Assembly (NCBI RefSeq): GCF_036321535.1
Contig: NC_087437.1
Location: 121,148,001-121,212,000, forward strand
Reading direction: 5' to 3'
DNA from: Camelus dromedarius
Lineage: Eukaryota
DNA: 64,000 bases
Positions within the stretch are counted from its first letter, which is position 1, and every line of letters begins with the position of its first letter. Below, piece after piece: positions 12,945 through 25,215 of this stretch. The position numbers and the translations under genes are program-made. The notes beneath the pieces are model-generated. The model searched no databases, had not been told where the DNA came from, and saw only the letters and a list, made by a program, of their open reading frames with translations.

Positions 12945-13510
12945 ACACACGTACACACATATACACACATACATGCACACGCATGCACACACATGTACAC
13001 ATACACACATACACTTGTACAGACACATGTACACATGCATATACACATATCCACCTACATACAGATATACACGTATACACATACACACATACATGTACAC
13101 ACATGTACACATGGACACGCATACACACGTGCATGTGTACACACAGANNNNNNNNNNNNNNNNNNNNNNNNNNNNNNNNNNNNNNNNNNNNNNNNNNNNN
13201 NNNNNNNNNNNNNNNNNNNNNNNNNNNNNNNNNNNNNNNNNNNNNNNNNNNNNNNNNNNNNNNNNNNNNNNNNNNNNNNNNNNNNNACGTATACATGCAC
13301 ACACATACGTATATGCATGTACACACATACACGTGTATACACACGTACACATATATGTACATACACCTGGATACATGTGTACACACATACACAGATACAT
13401 TCACATAAGGCATATACGCATATACATACCCATACACACATGTACACACATGCATGCACACATATATACATACACACATACACATGTACACCCACGTACA
13501 TACACAAAGA
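12945..13510. repeat. Long imperfect (CA/TA/CG)n alternating purine-pyrimidine tract, with an internal N-run (13148-13286)
   Basis: acacacacgtacacacatatacacacatacatgcacac… continues for about 570 bp. Confidence 0.95.
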
Positions 13511-14779
13511 CACGCATGAGCTGCCAAAGGCACCGCCATCACCTTCAGGACCCGGACAACAGGGCCTGTCCCACCGGTCCCGGCTGGGGCTCTACTGCAT
13601 CCCCGTCGTGGCGTGGCAGGGAAGCAGAAGGACAGCACAGCCGAGGGGCCGGGGGCAGCGCGCTGTCAGCCACACTGTCTGCTGGGCCCTCATTCCCTCC
13701 CAGCACCTATTCCATCTGCCCGGCCGGCACCAGAGGACACTGCCCTTCTGCTCACACTCAAATGCCCAGAGATTCCTTTTTTTGTATGTTTTTAAAAGTC
13801 ATTTGGTCATTTGACCTTCCACCGACCCGCCAGCCCCGACCACAGGCTCCCAGCCCCAGCCCAGGGCTGGGAAGAGCTGAGGTGAGAGCAGTGACTGCTG
13901 AGAGACGCTCTGAGCTGGGACGCAGACAGCTCACAGGCTAAGGAGGAGGCCGCTGCCGAACAGGGCGTGAGCCGTGAGTGAGGAAGAGCCCTGACACCTG
14001 CTAGATCAGGCTGGACCCAGCACAGTCCTGGGAAGAGCGGAGAACATCTTTACATCTGCCGTGGCTTGTCCCAGACCCAGTGCCACCCCCATCCTTCCCA
14101 CTCACAAAACCCAAGGCTTCCCGGGAGCAGGCATGGGGGAGGTTGGGAAGGGGTGCGGGGTGCCATGAGCAGAGCCCTTCGCGGCCGGGCGCTCAGTCTC
14201 CCCCGCCACCACCGTCCCTTTCATAGCTTGCTGCCCTCCGAACCCGATTTTTGCATCTGTACAAGGGGGTCCCAAAGGGGCGCCTCGCACAGGGGCTGAC
14301 CTCAGGAAGCACTCAGGTGTGACTGTGCATGTCGGAAAGGTCAAGTGCCATGCCTCATGCAGACCAGAGACGTTCTTAGTGTCCCGATCATTCCCCTAAA
14401 GCAGCGCTGACTTCCTCAGCTCTGGGACATGGATGAAGCGCACAGTTCTCTCACCACCCCTAGAAGAGCCACCGAGAGGACGTGTAAAAGTTATAAGAAA
14501 AACTAAACAAAGTAGTACGTAAACAAGAAGGAGGCCCAGTAGGACCCTGCATGTGTTCATCAAAGAGAAACAGGTATGTGTGTAAACTGGAACAAGATCT
14601 CCAATGCACAAGAATAAAACAGCTTAGTCTAAAACCAGACAGGTGACATCAAGGAGCTGGCCTTATCTGGTGTCCAAGCAAGAGACTGCTGGAGGAGCGG
14701 TGCAAAGCTTGTGAAAACGCACACTGACGGCCCCAGCGGTGACAGAGGACGTATCCCATTCACATCACAAGACAAAGTC

Positions 14780-15430
14780 AAGCTGCTGTGAGAAAGAATT
14801 AATCAGATGTTTGAAAATTTTAAATTTGGAAATAAGTTGATAAAGGCCAAAAAAGAGCCTGGAAATAAATGGCAAAAGACTGAAATGTGGTCTGAAAGAT
14901 AAAAATCAAGAAAATGTCCTAGAGCAAAGGATAAACATTTGGAAAGTGAGAGAAGAATTAAGAGATGGGAAGGCTAGTTCCAGGAGATCTGACATCTAAT
15001 GGGAGCCACAAAAGGAGAGACCAGGAGAGACTAAATAATTTTCTAAATAGCACAAAACGTTTCCCGAGATGAGCTTTCATATCAAAAGTCTTGGTGCATC
15101 CCAACCACAGAAAGGAAAGTGACACACAAGCCCAGAAACACAAAACACGGCATTTGAGAACAAGGATAGAAAGAAAACCCAAATGCTCCTGGAGAGTTAA
15201 CAAAGATACACTATGCATCTAACTGCGAATGACAGATGACAGCTTCAGACTCTCCCCAGGAAATCTGGACATCACAAGGCAATGGAAATATGTCCCACCG
15301 CTTTGGGGAAACAGTTATTTAAAACCAGAATTCTGGAAACCATCATAAACTGGAAAGGAAAAGTGGCTGTGTTCTCGGTCACATGAGAGATCTTAAAACG
15401 TAAAGCCACCAGCATATATGAAAAAGTCTG
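14780..15430 (+). mobile_element. Degenerate L1 ORF1 relic
   Basis: gttccaggagatctgacatctaatgggagcc…tttcccgagatgagctttcatatc; atttaaaaccagaattctgg resembles L1 ORF1. Confidence 0.5.
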
Positions 15431-15719
15431 ATACTTCACCACAGCAAGATGAAAACAGAAACAACACCGAGTATAGCTTGATAGGCAACAGAGGAAGGCA
15501 CCTGTGTGTGTCACAGAAGAGGAGGAAGCTCACAGACCCCGTCGTGGGTCCTGAAACTCCCAGCACCTGCTCAGGGAGACACAGGTGCCTGGAAGGCAGC
15601 GGGCCCTTGGCTTCCTGTGAACCGGTCCTCTGTTCCACTCATATTTTGTAAAATGTGCAAGTTTCACTTTATAGTTACATTTTTAAAGGCTTACATGTAA
15701 TTTAGAAAATACTTAAAGC

Positions 15720-16541
15720 GTCCCATACACCAGCCAGAATGGTCATCATCCAAAAGTCCACAAATGATAAGTGCTGGAGAGGCTGTGGAGAACAGGGGAC
15801 CCTCCTCCCCTGCTGCTGGGAATGTAGTCTGGTGCAGTCATTATGGAGGACAGTATGGAGATTCTTCAAAACACTAAAAACAGACTTACCCTATGAACCA
15901 GCAATCCCACTCCTAGGCATATGTCTGGAGGAAACTCGAATTTGAAAAGACACCTGCACCCCAATGTTCATAGCAGCACTATTTACAATAGTCAAGACAT
16001 GGAAACAACCTAAATGTCCATCCACAGATGACTGGNNNNNNNNNNNNNNNNNNNNNNNNNNNNNNNNNNNNNNNNNNNNNNNNNNNNNNNNNNNNNNNNN
16101 NNNNNNNNNNNNNNNNNNNNNNNNNNNNNNNNNNNNNNNNNNNNNNNNNNNNNNNNNNNNNNNNNNNNNNNNNNNNNNNNNNNNNNNNNNNNNNNNNNNN
16201 NNNNNNNNNNNNNNNNNNNNNNNNNNNTGAACTCATCTACAAAACAGAAACAGACTCACAGACATAGTAAACAATCCTATGGTTACTGGGGGGGAAGAGG
16301 TGGGAGGGGATAAATTTGGTAGTTTGAGATTTGCAAATATTAACCACTATATATAAAAATAGATTAAAAATGAGTTTCTTCTCTATAGCACAGAGAACTA
16401 TATTTGGTACCTTGTAATTACCTTTAATGAAAAAGAATATGAAAACGAATATATGTATGTATACGTATGACTGAAACAGATGCTGTACACCAGAAATTGA
16501 CACACTGTAACTGACTATATTTCAATTTTTAAAAAATTAAA
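15720..16541 (+). mobile_element. Lineage-specific 5'-truncated L1 (ORF2 C-terminus + 3' UTR)
   Basis: ORF 15739-15945 (…[33 protein letters not shown]…) is the L1 ORF2 Cys-rich C-terminus. The 3' UTR matches the 24.1-kb copy and ends in an A-rich tail 300 bp before the gene B TATA. Confidence 0.9.
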
Positions 16542-16841
16542 ATGAAGCACACCACACACAGGAGAGATGGAACCACAATTCATCACTTCTCAGAAATGTT
16601 CACCTCTAGGCCTCAACTCAGCATAACCTTGCCTCAAATGTTTTCCATAACTTTTCTGGAGCCAAACACAGGAGAGACGGGAAACATCCTGCAACTCAGG
16701 ACATTCATACTCACAAGTTTAGTGAGTAAAACTATTGAAAATACGCCAGCATTAATGAAGGCTCCCGCAACCAGCTGTCAACACCAACAAGGAAGGGCGG
16801 GCGTGGAGCCTCCTGCTGGGACGACACAGGCCAGGGAGGGG

Positions 16842-16848
16842 TATAAAA
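16842..16848 (+). promoter_or_regulatory. TATA box of KRTAP10 gene B
   Basis: TATAAAA 93 bp before the ATG at 16935. Confidence 0.85.
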
Positions 16849-16934
16849 GCCCAGCACCCCTAGGCACCTCACACTCCCTCACACTCGCACTCAGGCTCAC
16901 ACACTCACCCTCCTCCAGCCCCACTGCCCCCACC

Positions 16935-17570
16935 ATGGCCGCGCCCGCCCTGTCCACCTGCTCCGGCGACCTGAGCTACGGCAGCCGGGTCTGCCTGGCC
17001 GGTCCCTGTGACTCCTGCACCGGCTCCTCCTGGCAGGTGGACGACTGCCCAGAGAGCTGCTGCGAGCCCCCCTGCTGCGCCCCGACCCCCTGCCTGAGCC
17101 TCCTCTGCGCCCCAGCGAGCTGTGAGCCCTGCCCCTGCCCATCTGCCTGCACCAGCTCCTGCACGGCCTTGTGCTGCCCGCAGTCTAGCTGCCAGCCCCC
17201 CTGCTGCACCTCCTCTCCCTGCCAGCAGGACTGCTGTGCGCCCCTCTACTGCAGGCCCGTGTGCTGCACGCCCGTGTGCTGCACACCTGTCTCCTGCAGG
17301 CCCGTGTGCTGCACACCTGTCTCCTGCAGGCCTGTGTGCTGCAGGCCCGTCTGCTGCAGGCCCGTGTGCTGTGAGCCCACCCTCTGCCACTCGTCCTGCT
17401 GCAGACCCTCCTCCTGTGTGTCCCTGCTCTGCCGCCCTGTGTGCAGACCCGCCTGCTGTGCCCCCGCCCCCTCCTGCCAGCCCAGCTGCTGCCGCCCGGC
17501 CTCATGCGTGTCCCTGCTCTGCCGCCCCAGGTGCTCCCGCTTGGCCTGGTGTGTCCCCGACTCGGCCTAG
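16935..17570 (+). CDS. KRTAP10: KRTAP10-family protein (gene B), 211 aa
   Basis: The true start is caccATGgcc at 16935 (homologous to gene A), not the track's 16542, which lies upstream of the TATA. Eight xCxPV-type pentamers. The nearest downstream AATAAA seen is at 18776. Confidence 0.93.
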   Translation: MAAPALSTCSGDLSYGSRVCLAGPCDSCTGSSWQVDDCPESCCEPPCCAPTPCLSLLCAPASCEPCPCPSACTSSCTALCCPQSSCQPPCCTSSPCQQDCCAPLYCRPVCCTPVCCTPVSCRPVCCTPVSCRPVCCRPVCCRPVCCEPTLCHSSCCRPSSCVSLLCRPVCRPACCAPAPSCQPSCCRPASCVSLLCRPRCSRLAWCVPDSA

Positions 17571-17847
17571 AAGTCCTGCTGCTGACCGGGCCCGTCCCCC
17601 CGAGGGCCAGCCGGTCTCTAGGGTCCCTCAGCAGAGGGGCTGAGCTCAGCGATACTAGCATTTGGCGTCCTCCCGGAGTTTAACCCCCAGAAAGGACCTG
17701 GAGACCATCTCCTCTGTGTCACCAAGAACAGGGACTCCACGTCCCCTGGGGTCTCTCAGGAGTTGCTGCCACGGTCATCCCAGAACCTAAGCGCAGGCCT
17801 GAGTCGTGGAAGCGAGCCCTGTCTCTCCTAGCCCAGTCGCTTCTCCC

Positions 17848-17990
17848 AGCCCCGCCCCTCCCCCAGCCCCGCCCCTCCCCCAGCCCCGCCCCCTCTCCAA
17901 GCCAAGCCTTTCCTGCAGCCCCGCCCCTCGACACCCCGCCCTTTCTCCCTGCCCCGTCCCCCCTCCGGCCCCACCCCTTCTCCCAGCCCC
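17848..17990. repeat. C-rich tandem repeat (cagccccgcccctcccc)n, degenerating downstream
   Basis: Three near-perfect 17-bp units at about 17848-17895, then looser copies. The minus strand is made of G4-G5 runs. Confidence 0.85.
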
Positions 17991-19329
17991 ACCTCTTCTC
18001 TGCTCCCGGGGAAGGACCTGCCTACCTGGCCTGATGGCCTTACTTCTCGACTTCATAAGCTTCTTCATCTGTCATCCCTACTGCTCTGAGTACGGTGGCG
18101 GCAGGGGCTGGGGGGAGGGTGCATACAACCCCCAGGACTCCCAGCGGAACCTCCCGTGACCTTTCATGGTAAGAGAACCAGGAAGACCTCGGAGTCGGGG
18201 CCTGGCAAGACCCGGAGCAGCCACCCTGAGTTCCCATCGAGATCTGCGCTGCCCAGCCCTCCCGCCGCTCCCCGTGGCTGAGAGGTGGCCCGGCACCCCG
18301 CCGTCAACCATAAGGCCCCAGGAGGCCTGCGCTCTGCAGCCCAGCCACATCCCGCCCTCTCCTCCGCGGCCGTGGCCCTCCCTCTAGGGTGGGATCCTGG
18401 GGGCAGTGAACAGTGTTTCCTTTGCGCCTCCATGCTGGGGCCATCCTGGCCAGGCAGACCACCCCCATGAGAACCCGCAATGGGTTCCTGCTGCCACTCT
18501 TGGATGGACCACGGCATCCACGCCAGGCCACCCCCAGCAGTTGACCAAGCACAGCAGGAGTGCGAGGGCAGGGCCATTCCTGACAGACACCCGCCCTTTG
18601 CTCAGGGCACCCCATCCACCTGCCCCAGGCCTTCTCAGAGCTGTGCCAGGGGCGGAGCCACTGCTCATCTGGCCCTCCCTCCTTACAGCTCACTCACATG
18701 AGTATGGTCAGCCTGGCCACGTTAAGGCTCTTCCCCACTCCCACTCCCCCATTACTCTTTCATGGGCATCCCCACAATAAACTGCTAAAAAACTTATCCC
18801 ACTTGGCATCAGCTTCTTGGAGAATACAAACTGACTCACGCACNNNNNNNNNNNNNNNNNNNNNNNNNNNNNNNNNNNNNNNNNNNNNNNNNNNNNNNNN
18901 NNNNNNNNNNNNNNNNNNNNNNNNNNNNNNNNNNNNNNNNNNNNNNNNNNNNNNNNNNNNNNNNNNNNNNNNNNNNNNNNNNNNNNNNNNNNNNNNNNNN
19001 NNNNNNNNNNNNNNNAGATGGGGGAGGGAGGGAGGGAGGAAGGAAGGAAGGAAGTGCCCATACTAGAGCAACACGCTTACATGGAAAACTCACACCAGCC
19101 TCTGGTTGCCTTTAAATTACTTCAATTGATTCTGAGGAATTTGGGCACAATTTTCACCTTGATTTGCATGTATCTCAATTTAAAAACAAAATGGCTTCAT
19201 CTACTTGTTATTCATCGGTATCATCTTTTTTTGGATCCTGGAAAGATCTTAGTTGTTTATACACAATTACAATAACTCCTCCAGAGTGAGTATGTGCCCC
19301 ATCCAGGGAGAAATGGCAACGTCTCTCTG

Positions 19330-21000
19330 AGGTGCTTGCAGGACGAAGTAGCCACTGTTGTTTCAAGACAGACCGTGATAAGTTAAAGACGGTAGACTAT
19401 AAACCCTAAGATGCAAAACAAGGAGCTGTGCTAATGAGGCAACAAAGGGAAAAATGGAATCATACATAAAAGCAACAAATCCAAAAGAAGGCGGAAAAGG
19501 GGGAAAGCAGAAGAAGGACGTGCGACAAGCTGGCAGCAACAGCAAGAGGAAAGGTGAAACCCACTGCATCAGTAGTCACACTAAACCCAAGTTGTCCACA
19601 CACTTCAGTCAAAAGTCAGAGACTAGTGGACCGAGTTTAAAAAAAAAAAAAAAAAAAAGACCCAACATTATGCTGCCTATGAGAAATGCAGTTTAAATAT
19701 AAGAAGAAAACAGGTTAAAAGTAAAAAGAGGGGAAAAGCTATATTAAGCTAACGTTAATCAAAAGAAAGCTGCAGCAGTTGTGTTAATTCCATAAAATAG
19801 ATTCAGGATCAAAGCATACGGCCAGGGACTGTTAATGAGGATCATGTCATAAAGATCAAAGAGTCAAACGACCCTAAATGTGTGTGCGCCTGATAGCAGG
19901 CCTTTAAAATGTATGAAGCAAAGCGTGGCTGACCTGCAGAATCAGACAAACCTTAACGGGCTCCTACAGCCTGAGATTCGAATAGCCCTTCTCGGTAACC
20001 CACAGCACAGGCAGACGGAAAATCAGAGGACGCGGAGTATTCCAACATCATTAGCCAATTTGAGCTATTTGACGTTGAAAGACTCCACCCTCAAACAGAA
20101 CAAACCTTCTTTTTAAGTGAATGCAGAACATGTACCAAGATAAATCACATTTGCTAAGATAGACCTACAAAGGCTACAAAGCAAATTTCTACGGCTTTGA
20201 AAAAATTCAAATAACAAATTGGGTATTTTCTGACCACGGTGGAATTAAATGAAAAATGCAGTAACAGAAAGACCTTGTAAAATCCCCAACTATTTAGAGA
20301 AGAAATAGACTTCTAAATAACCCGTAAATCAAAAAATAATGAAGAAAGGAGGAAATCAGAAAATATTTTGACTCATATGAAAGTGAAAATACAACATGTC
20401 AAAACGTGGGGGACGCTGCCGAAGCAATTCCGAGGGAGAAGTTTGTGGCACTGCGTGTGCTTGTTAGAGAAGAAGAGAGGTCTCAACTAAATGGCCTCAG
20501 CTTCCAGCTGAAGAAACTAGGAAGCAGATTACACTGAAAGAAGAAAGACAGCAGCAAAGACAAAGTGGAAAGTCAGTGGAACGGATAACAGAAAGGAAGA
20601 TAAAAATCAAATAAGCCAAGGGCTCTTTCCTTGAGAAGACTGATAAAGCTGGTAAGCCATCAGCCGCACTGGACAGCAAGTCAGGCAGAGACAGTGCCGC
20701 TCACCACGCCGGGGGTGGGAGCCGTGGCACCGCGAGAGGGCCTGCAGGTGGTGGGAGGATAACCAGGGAACATCCGGACCCGCTTTAAGCCCAGGAATCT
20801 GACAGCCTAAGCAAAATGGGCAAATTCCATGGAAGACACAAACTACCAAAGCTCACTTGAGAAGAAGTATACACACGGAATAACACATCCACCAAAGAAA
20901 CTGAACTGCAGTTAAAACCTTCCCACAGCCCACCTGTCCTTTGACAGGTAAACGGTGAGCAAACAAAAACACCCACGCCTCGGAGTCTTCCTCTTCCGAC
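19330..21000 (+). mobile_element. Old L1 ORF2 relic (endonuclease to linker region)
   Basis: gacccaacattatgctgcctatgagaaatgcagtttaaat (DPTICCLQET-like), tctgaccacggtggaattaaat, ctctttccttgagaagactgataaagctgg. Confidence 0.75.
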
Positions 21001-21019
21001 AGAAAGGAGCAAATTATTG

Positions 21020-21480
21020 ACACACACCACAGCTTGAGTGGATCTCAGGGGAACTGTGCAAGTGGAAAGTCAGTCTCAAAGGAATGATGCTATTTACGTA
21101 ACATTCTCAATTTGACAAGAGGATAGAGACAGAAAAGAGCTCAGTGGTCCTCAGGGGTCAGGGATGAGAGTGCGGTGGGCGTGGTTCTAACCAGGTAGCT
21201 GAGGGAGCTTTGTGGCAGGATGGATGGTACCATCCTGTGTCTGACTGTGGTGGTGCCGACGTGACCTACGAACGTGAACACGCCGCATAGAACCACACAG
21301 CACACAAGTGCCTGTAAAACTGATGAAATGGGAGTCAGATCTGTGGGCTGTCAATCTGGTGATTTGCCCTCATTACGCAAAGTGCTATCATTGAGGGAAA
21401 CTGGGCAAAGGGTAGTCAGGAATTCCTTCCACTTTCTTTTGACAACTTCTTAGAAATCTATAATTACTTCAAAATTTTAA
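21020..21480 (+). mobile_element. Old L1 3' UTR (L1MC/ME-like)
   Basis: ttgagtggatctcagggaactgtg…gaaactgggcaaagggta…aatctataattacttcaaaatttt. Confidence 0.6.
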
Positions 21481-22319
21481 AAAAGCAACTTTTCACCAAG
21501 AAAACTCCAGGCAACTTGACTTGTGAATTCTATCAGATGTGACATGAAACACCAGAGCATCGAACAAGCCCCCTGTCCACCTGCCGCTGGGCCCTGGGAG
21601 GAGGCCACAGGAAACGCTGTGTCACCAGCATCTTCTGGAGCTTAAACCGGGGAGCTGCCCTAGACCCCCGTCACTGTCGCACAACCTCTGAGATCTCCAG
21701 GAATCTGCCTTCTACTCTCAACATTGTTCCCCGTCACCCGGAGCCCAGGGCCCCTCCCCAACACGGTGTGCCAGCAGGCATGAGGAACACTGCCCTGGCT
21801 GCCTCCCCCACTCCCCAGACGGTCCATCTGCCCCCTGAGACTGCTCCAGTCCGCCTCCCACCACCCACGCCCCCCCCAGGTGAAGGTGTAAGGACGGATG
21901 AATCAGGCAGCATCTGGCTGAGCCTCACAGCGCCGCCCTCTGCCCTGCCCGTTCCTGGCCTCTCCCCTTGGGGACCAGCTGTCCTCCGCGCCCCAACCCA
22001 GGAGCACCAGGATCAGGCCAACAATAAACCCTCACAGCCACAGCAACCCCACCAGGAGCCACCACGGCACTCCTCCCCGAAGGAATCATGGCCACAAGTG
22101 TCCCCTGACCCACCATCAGGGAACCTGCAGGAGGAACAGCTTGACCACAACTCGGCCCCAACACCAGCTTCCCTAAGGGCCATACCCTGGTCAGGTGGTC
22201 ATCGAGGTATCCAGCCAGCAACTGACTCATCTTATGAGGCTTCCAGGCCCCCCAGGCACTAACAAGGAAGGGCAGGCTTGGGAGCCTCGTGCAGGGACAA
22301 CACACCTACCCAGTAGGGG

Positions 22320-22326
22320 TATAAAA
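22320..22326 (+). promoter_or_regulatory. TATA box of KRTAP10 gene C
   Basis: TATAAAA 82 bp before the ATG. AP-1 site TGACTCA at 22223-22229. Confidence 0.85.
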
Positions 22327-22401
22327 CTGACAGCTTGAGCACATCACACACACACACTCACACACTCACACTCACCCTCCTCCAGCCCCACCACCCCCAC
22401 T

Positions 22402-22977
22402 ATGGCCGCGTCCGCCCTGTCCACCTGCTCCGGCGACCTGAGCTATGGCAGCTGGGTCTGCCTGCCCGGTCCCTGTGACTCCTGCACCGGCTCCTCCTGG
22501 CAGGTGGACGACTGCCCAGAGAGCTGCTGCGAGCCCCGCTGCTGCGCCCCGGCCCCCTGCCTGAGCCTCCTCTGCGCCCCAGCGAGCTGTGAGCCCTGCC
22601 CCTGCCCATCTGCCTGCACCAGCTCCTGCATGGCCTTGTGCTGCCCGCAGTCTAGCTGCCAGCCCTCCTGCTGCACCTCCTCTCCCTGCCAGCAGGACTG
22701 CTGTGAGCCTGTGTGCTGCAGGCCTGTCTGCTGCAGGCCCGTGTGCTGCACACCTGTCTGTTACAGGCCTGTGTGCTATGAGCCCACCACCTGCCCCTCG
22801 TCCTGCTGCAGACCCTCCTCCTCTGTGTCCCTGCTCTGCCGCCCCATGTGTAGACCCGCCTGCTGTGCCCCCGCCCCCTCCTGCCAGCCCAGCTGCTGCC
22901 GCCCGGCCTCCTGCGTGTCCCTGCTCTGCCGCCCCAGGTGCTCCCGCTCGGCCTGCTGCGTCCCCAACTCGGCCTAG
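22402..22977 (+). CDS. KRTAP10: KRTAP10-family protein (gene C), 191 aa
   Basis: MAASALSTCSGDLSYGSWVCLPGPCDSC…; four central pentamers; TATA at 22320; AATAAA at 23249-23254. Confidence 0.95.
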   Translation: MAASALSTCSGDLSYGSWVCLPGPCDSCTGSSWQVDDCPESCCEPRCCAPAPCLSLLCAPASCEPCPCPSACTSSCMALCCPQSSCQPSCCTSSPCQQDCCEPVCCRPVCCRPVCCTPVCYRPVCYEPTTCPSSCCRPSSSVSLLCRPMCRPACCAPAPSCQPSCCRPASCVSLLCRPRCSRSACCVPNSA

Positions 22978-24100
22978 AAGTCTGGCTGCTGACCGGCTGG
23001 TCTGCCGGCCTCTCTCCAGCTGCTGTCTTTGACCCTGAGCCCAGCTGTCCTCTCTCAGGAGCCCCGGAGCCCCTCTGCTGGCACCAGGACCTCCCCTCTC
23101 TCGTCGGTGGACACACAGCTGCTGCCTAGAGGGGACTTGAACATGCCGCCCACAAACCCCTCAGCTGGGGGGACTGCCGGCCCCGGGAGCCCTCCTCTGC
23201 AGGGTTAGGTGCTTGTATTTCATGTGTCAAAGGTCAACTGCCATCGTCAATAAAATGTTTGTGTGGGGAAATACGGACCCATGTCTATTTCATCCTCCTC
23301 CCCAAGCCACTTTGACCGCTCCGTGTCCGGGCAGTCGGGCTCTGTCTGGTAAAAACCAGGCAATAAGGACATCGTCTCAAACCTGAGCGCAAAGCAGCTG
23401 AGAAACAATAGGGTCTCAAAGAGGACGCCAAGTGCAGGCTCCACGTCCCCTCCTCCCCCAGGGCTCCCTCCCCATGGCAGACAGCCTGCCAAGGCCAGCA
23501 CAGGGCTCGAGCCGGGTGCAGAAGGCTTAGACCCCAAGTGCACCTTGGGCCTCTGCTCACGCCCACCCCCTGCCCGTCCAGGTGAGAGGTGACTTGGGGA
23601 GCAGCTGAAACCCTGTTTGGTCAGGATCTGAGAGTCCAAGACTAGCCCTGTGCTGACTTCTGCTGGAGAGAGGCGCCCGCATGGAGGCCTGCCTGTGTGC
23701 CGGGCTGCGTATGAGTCCCTGTGGGCCTCAAGGGGGTCCAGGGGTTGGTTCAGACATAACTCGTTCTGCTCAGGGTTTCAAGGTCTGATTGGGAAGGCAC
23801 AGAGAAGAAAGACAGCTTGGGAACAAACCCTCAGGACAGTGGGCAAGGGTGAGCCGGCCATCTCAGTGGAGCTGGAGTCACGTGGGCAGCACTCAGACTG
23901 ACCGGGTCAGCACCGGGCACCCTTCCTATCCCTTCATCAGGAACGAAGTGATGAGCCCACTGGATCAGGAGGATAGTGGAGACCAGGAGCAGAAGGCACC
24001 CCCCGGGTGGGGGGTTGTAAACCCCACCCCAACCCCAGTTTAGCTCTAACCAGGGAAGCGAGGACAGAGCAAAGGACCCTGAAACAGAGAGTGGCTGGAT

Positions 24101-24687
24101 ACATGCACCCCAGTGCTAAGAGCAGCACTGCAAACAACAGCCAAGACATGGAAACAGCCTCAGTGTCCATCGACAGATGACTGGATAAAGAAGCTGTGGT
24201 GTATGTACACAATGGAATACTACTCAGCTATAAAAAAGAATAAAATAATGCCATTTGCAGCCACATGGATGGACCTAGAGATCGTCATTCTAGGTGAACT
24301 AAGCCAGAAAAAGAAAGAAAAATACCATAGGATATCACTCATAATTGGACTCTAAAAAAGAGAAGAAAAGAGGACACTATGAACTCATCTACAAAACAGA
24401 AACAGACTCGCAGACATAGTAAACAGTCTTATGGCCACCAGGGGAAAGGGGGTGGGAAGAGATACATTTGGGAGTCTGAGATTTGCAAATGTTGGCCATT
24501 ATATATAAAAATAGATTTTTAAAAGTTTCTTCTGTACAGCCCAGGGAACTATATTCAATATCTTGTAATAACCTTTAATGAAAAAAATATGAAAATGAAT
24601 ATATGTATGTATACACATGACTGGGCCATTGGGCTGAACGCCAGAAATTGACACACTGTAACCGACTATACTTCAATTAACAAAACA
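24101..24687 (+). mobile_element. Young 5'-truncated L1 with 19-bp TSD
   Basis: TSD aaacagagagtggctggat (24082-24100) / aaacagaaagtggctggat (24688-24706). The ORF2 C-terminal peptide …CPSTDDWIKKLWCMYTMEYYSAIKKNKIMPFAATWMDLE… is present. Confidence 0.93.
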
Positions 24688-25215
24688 AAACAGAAAGTGG
24701 CTGGATGGTAGGCCTGCCTTAACTCTTAAATCTCTCAGCTTGCTGGAGTTCATTCAGACCTGGACCCTTGTCGGTTCAAACTTAAGAAACTATGATCGTC
24801 TCCACAGATAAGCGGATAAAGGCCTTGAGGGACTCTTCACAGCACAGGGTTAGAAAGACATGGGGAAGGATCCAGTTCACCTGCCCCAGGAAAAGTGAAA
24901 GGAGGGACGTTGGCACACGTGGAAATCAGAACCTACCACCCACCGCGACGCCAAAATGGTCCATCAGGGGGATGAGCGGGGCGTGGGCGGCTCCTGGCCC
25001 CCCTCCACCCCTGGTGGACATTGGGACCCTCGGCGGCTCCTGACAGGAAGGCCGTGTGGGTGGTGGCCAGGTGCCCACGACTCACTGAGCGTTAGGAGGC
25101 GGATGCTCAGAGTGCACTCTGCCGTCTCAGGTGCCACCAAACAAAGGAAGACCGGCGTGGCTGTGCGGGGCGCAAAGGAGGGGCCAGACAGGCCTTGCAG
25201 CTTGGGGCTGCCCCC

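Noticed and set aside
12895-13941. His/Thr/Tyr- or Val/Cys/Met-rich ORFs
   Set aside because: Translations of the dinucleotide tract that read through Ns.
16542-16934. 131-codon N-terminal extension of gene B
   Set aside because: Starts in an L1 A tail and runs through the TATA box. Paralogs define the start at 16935.
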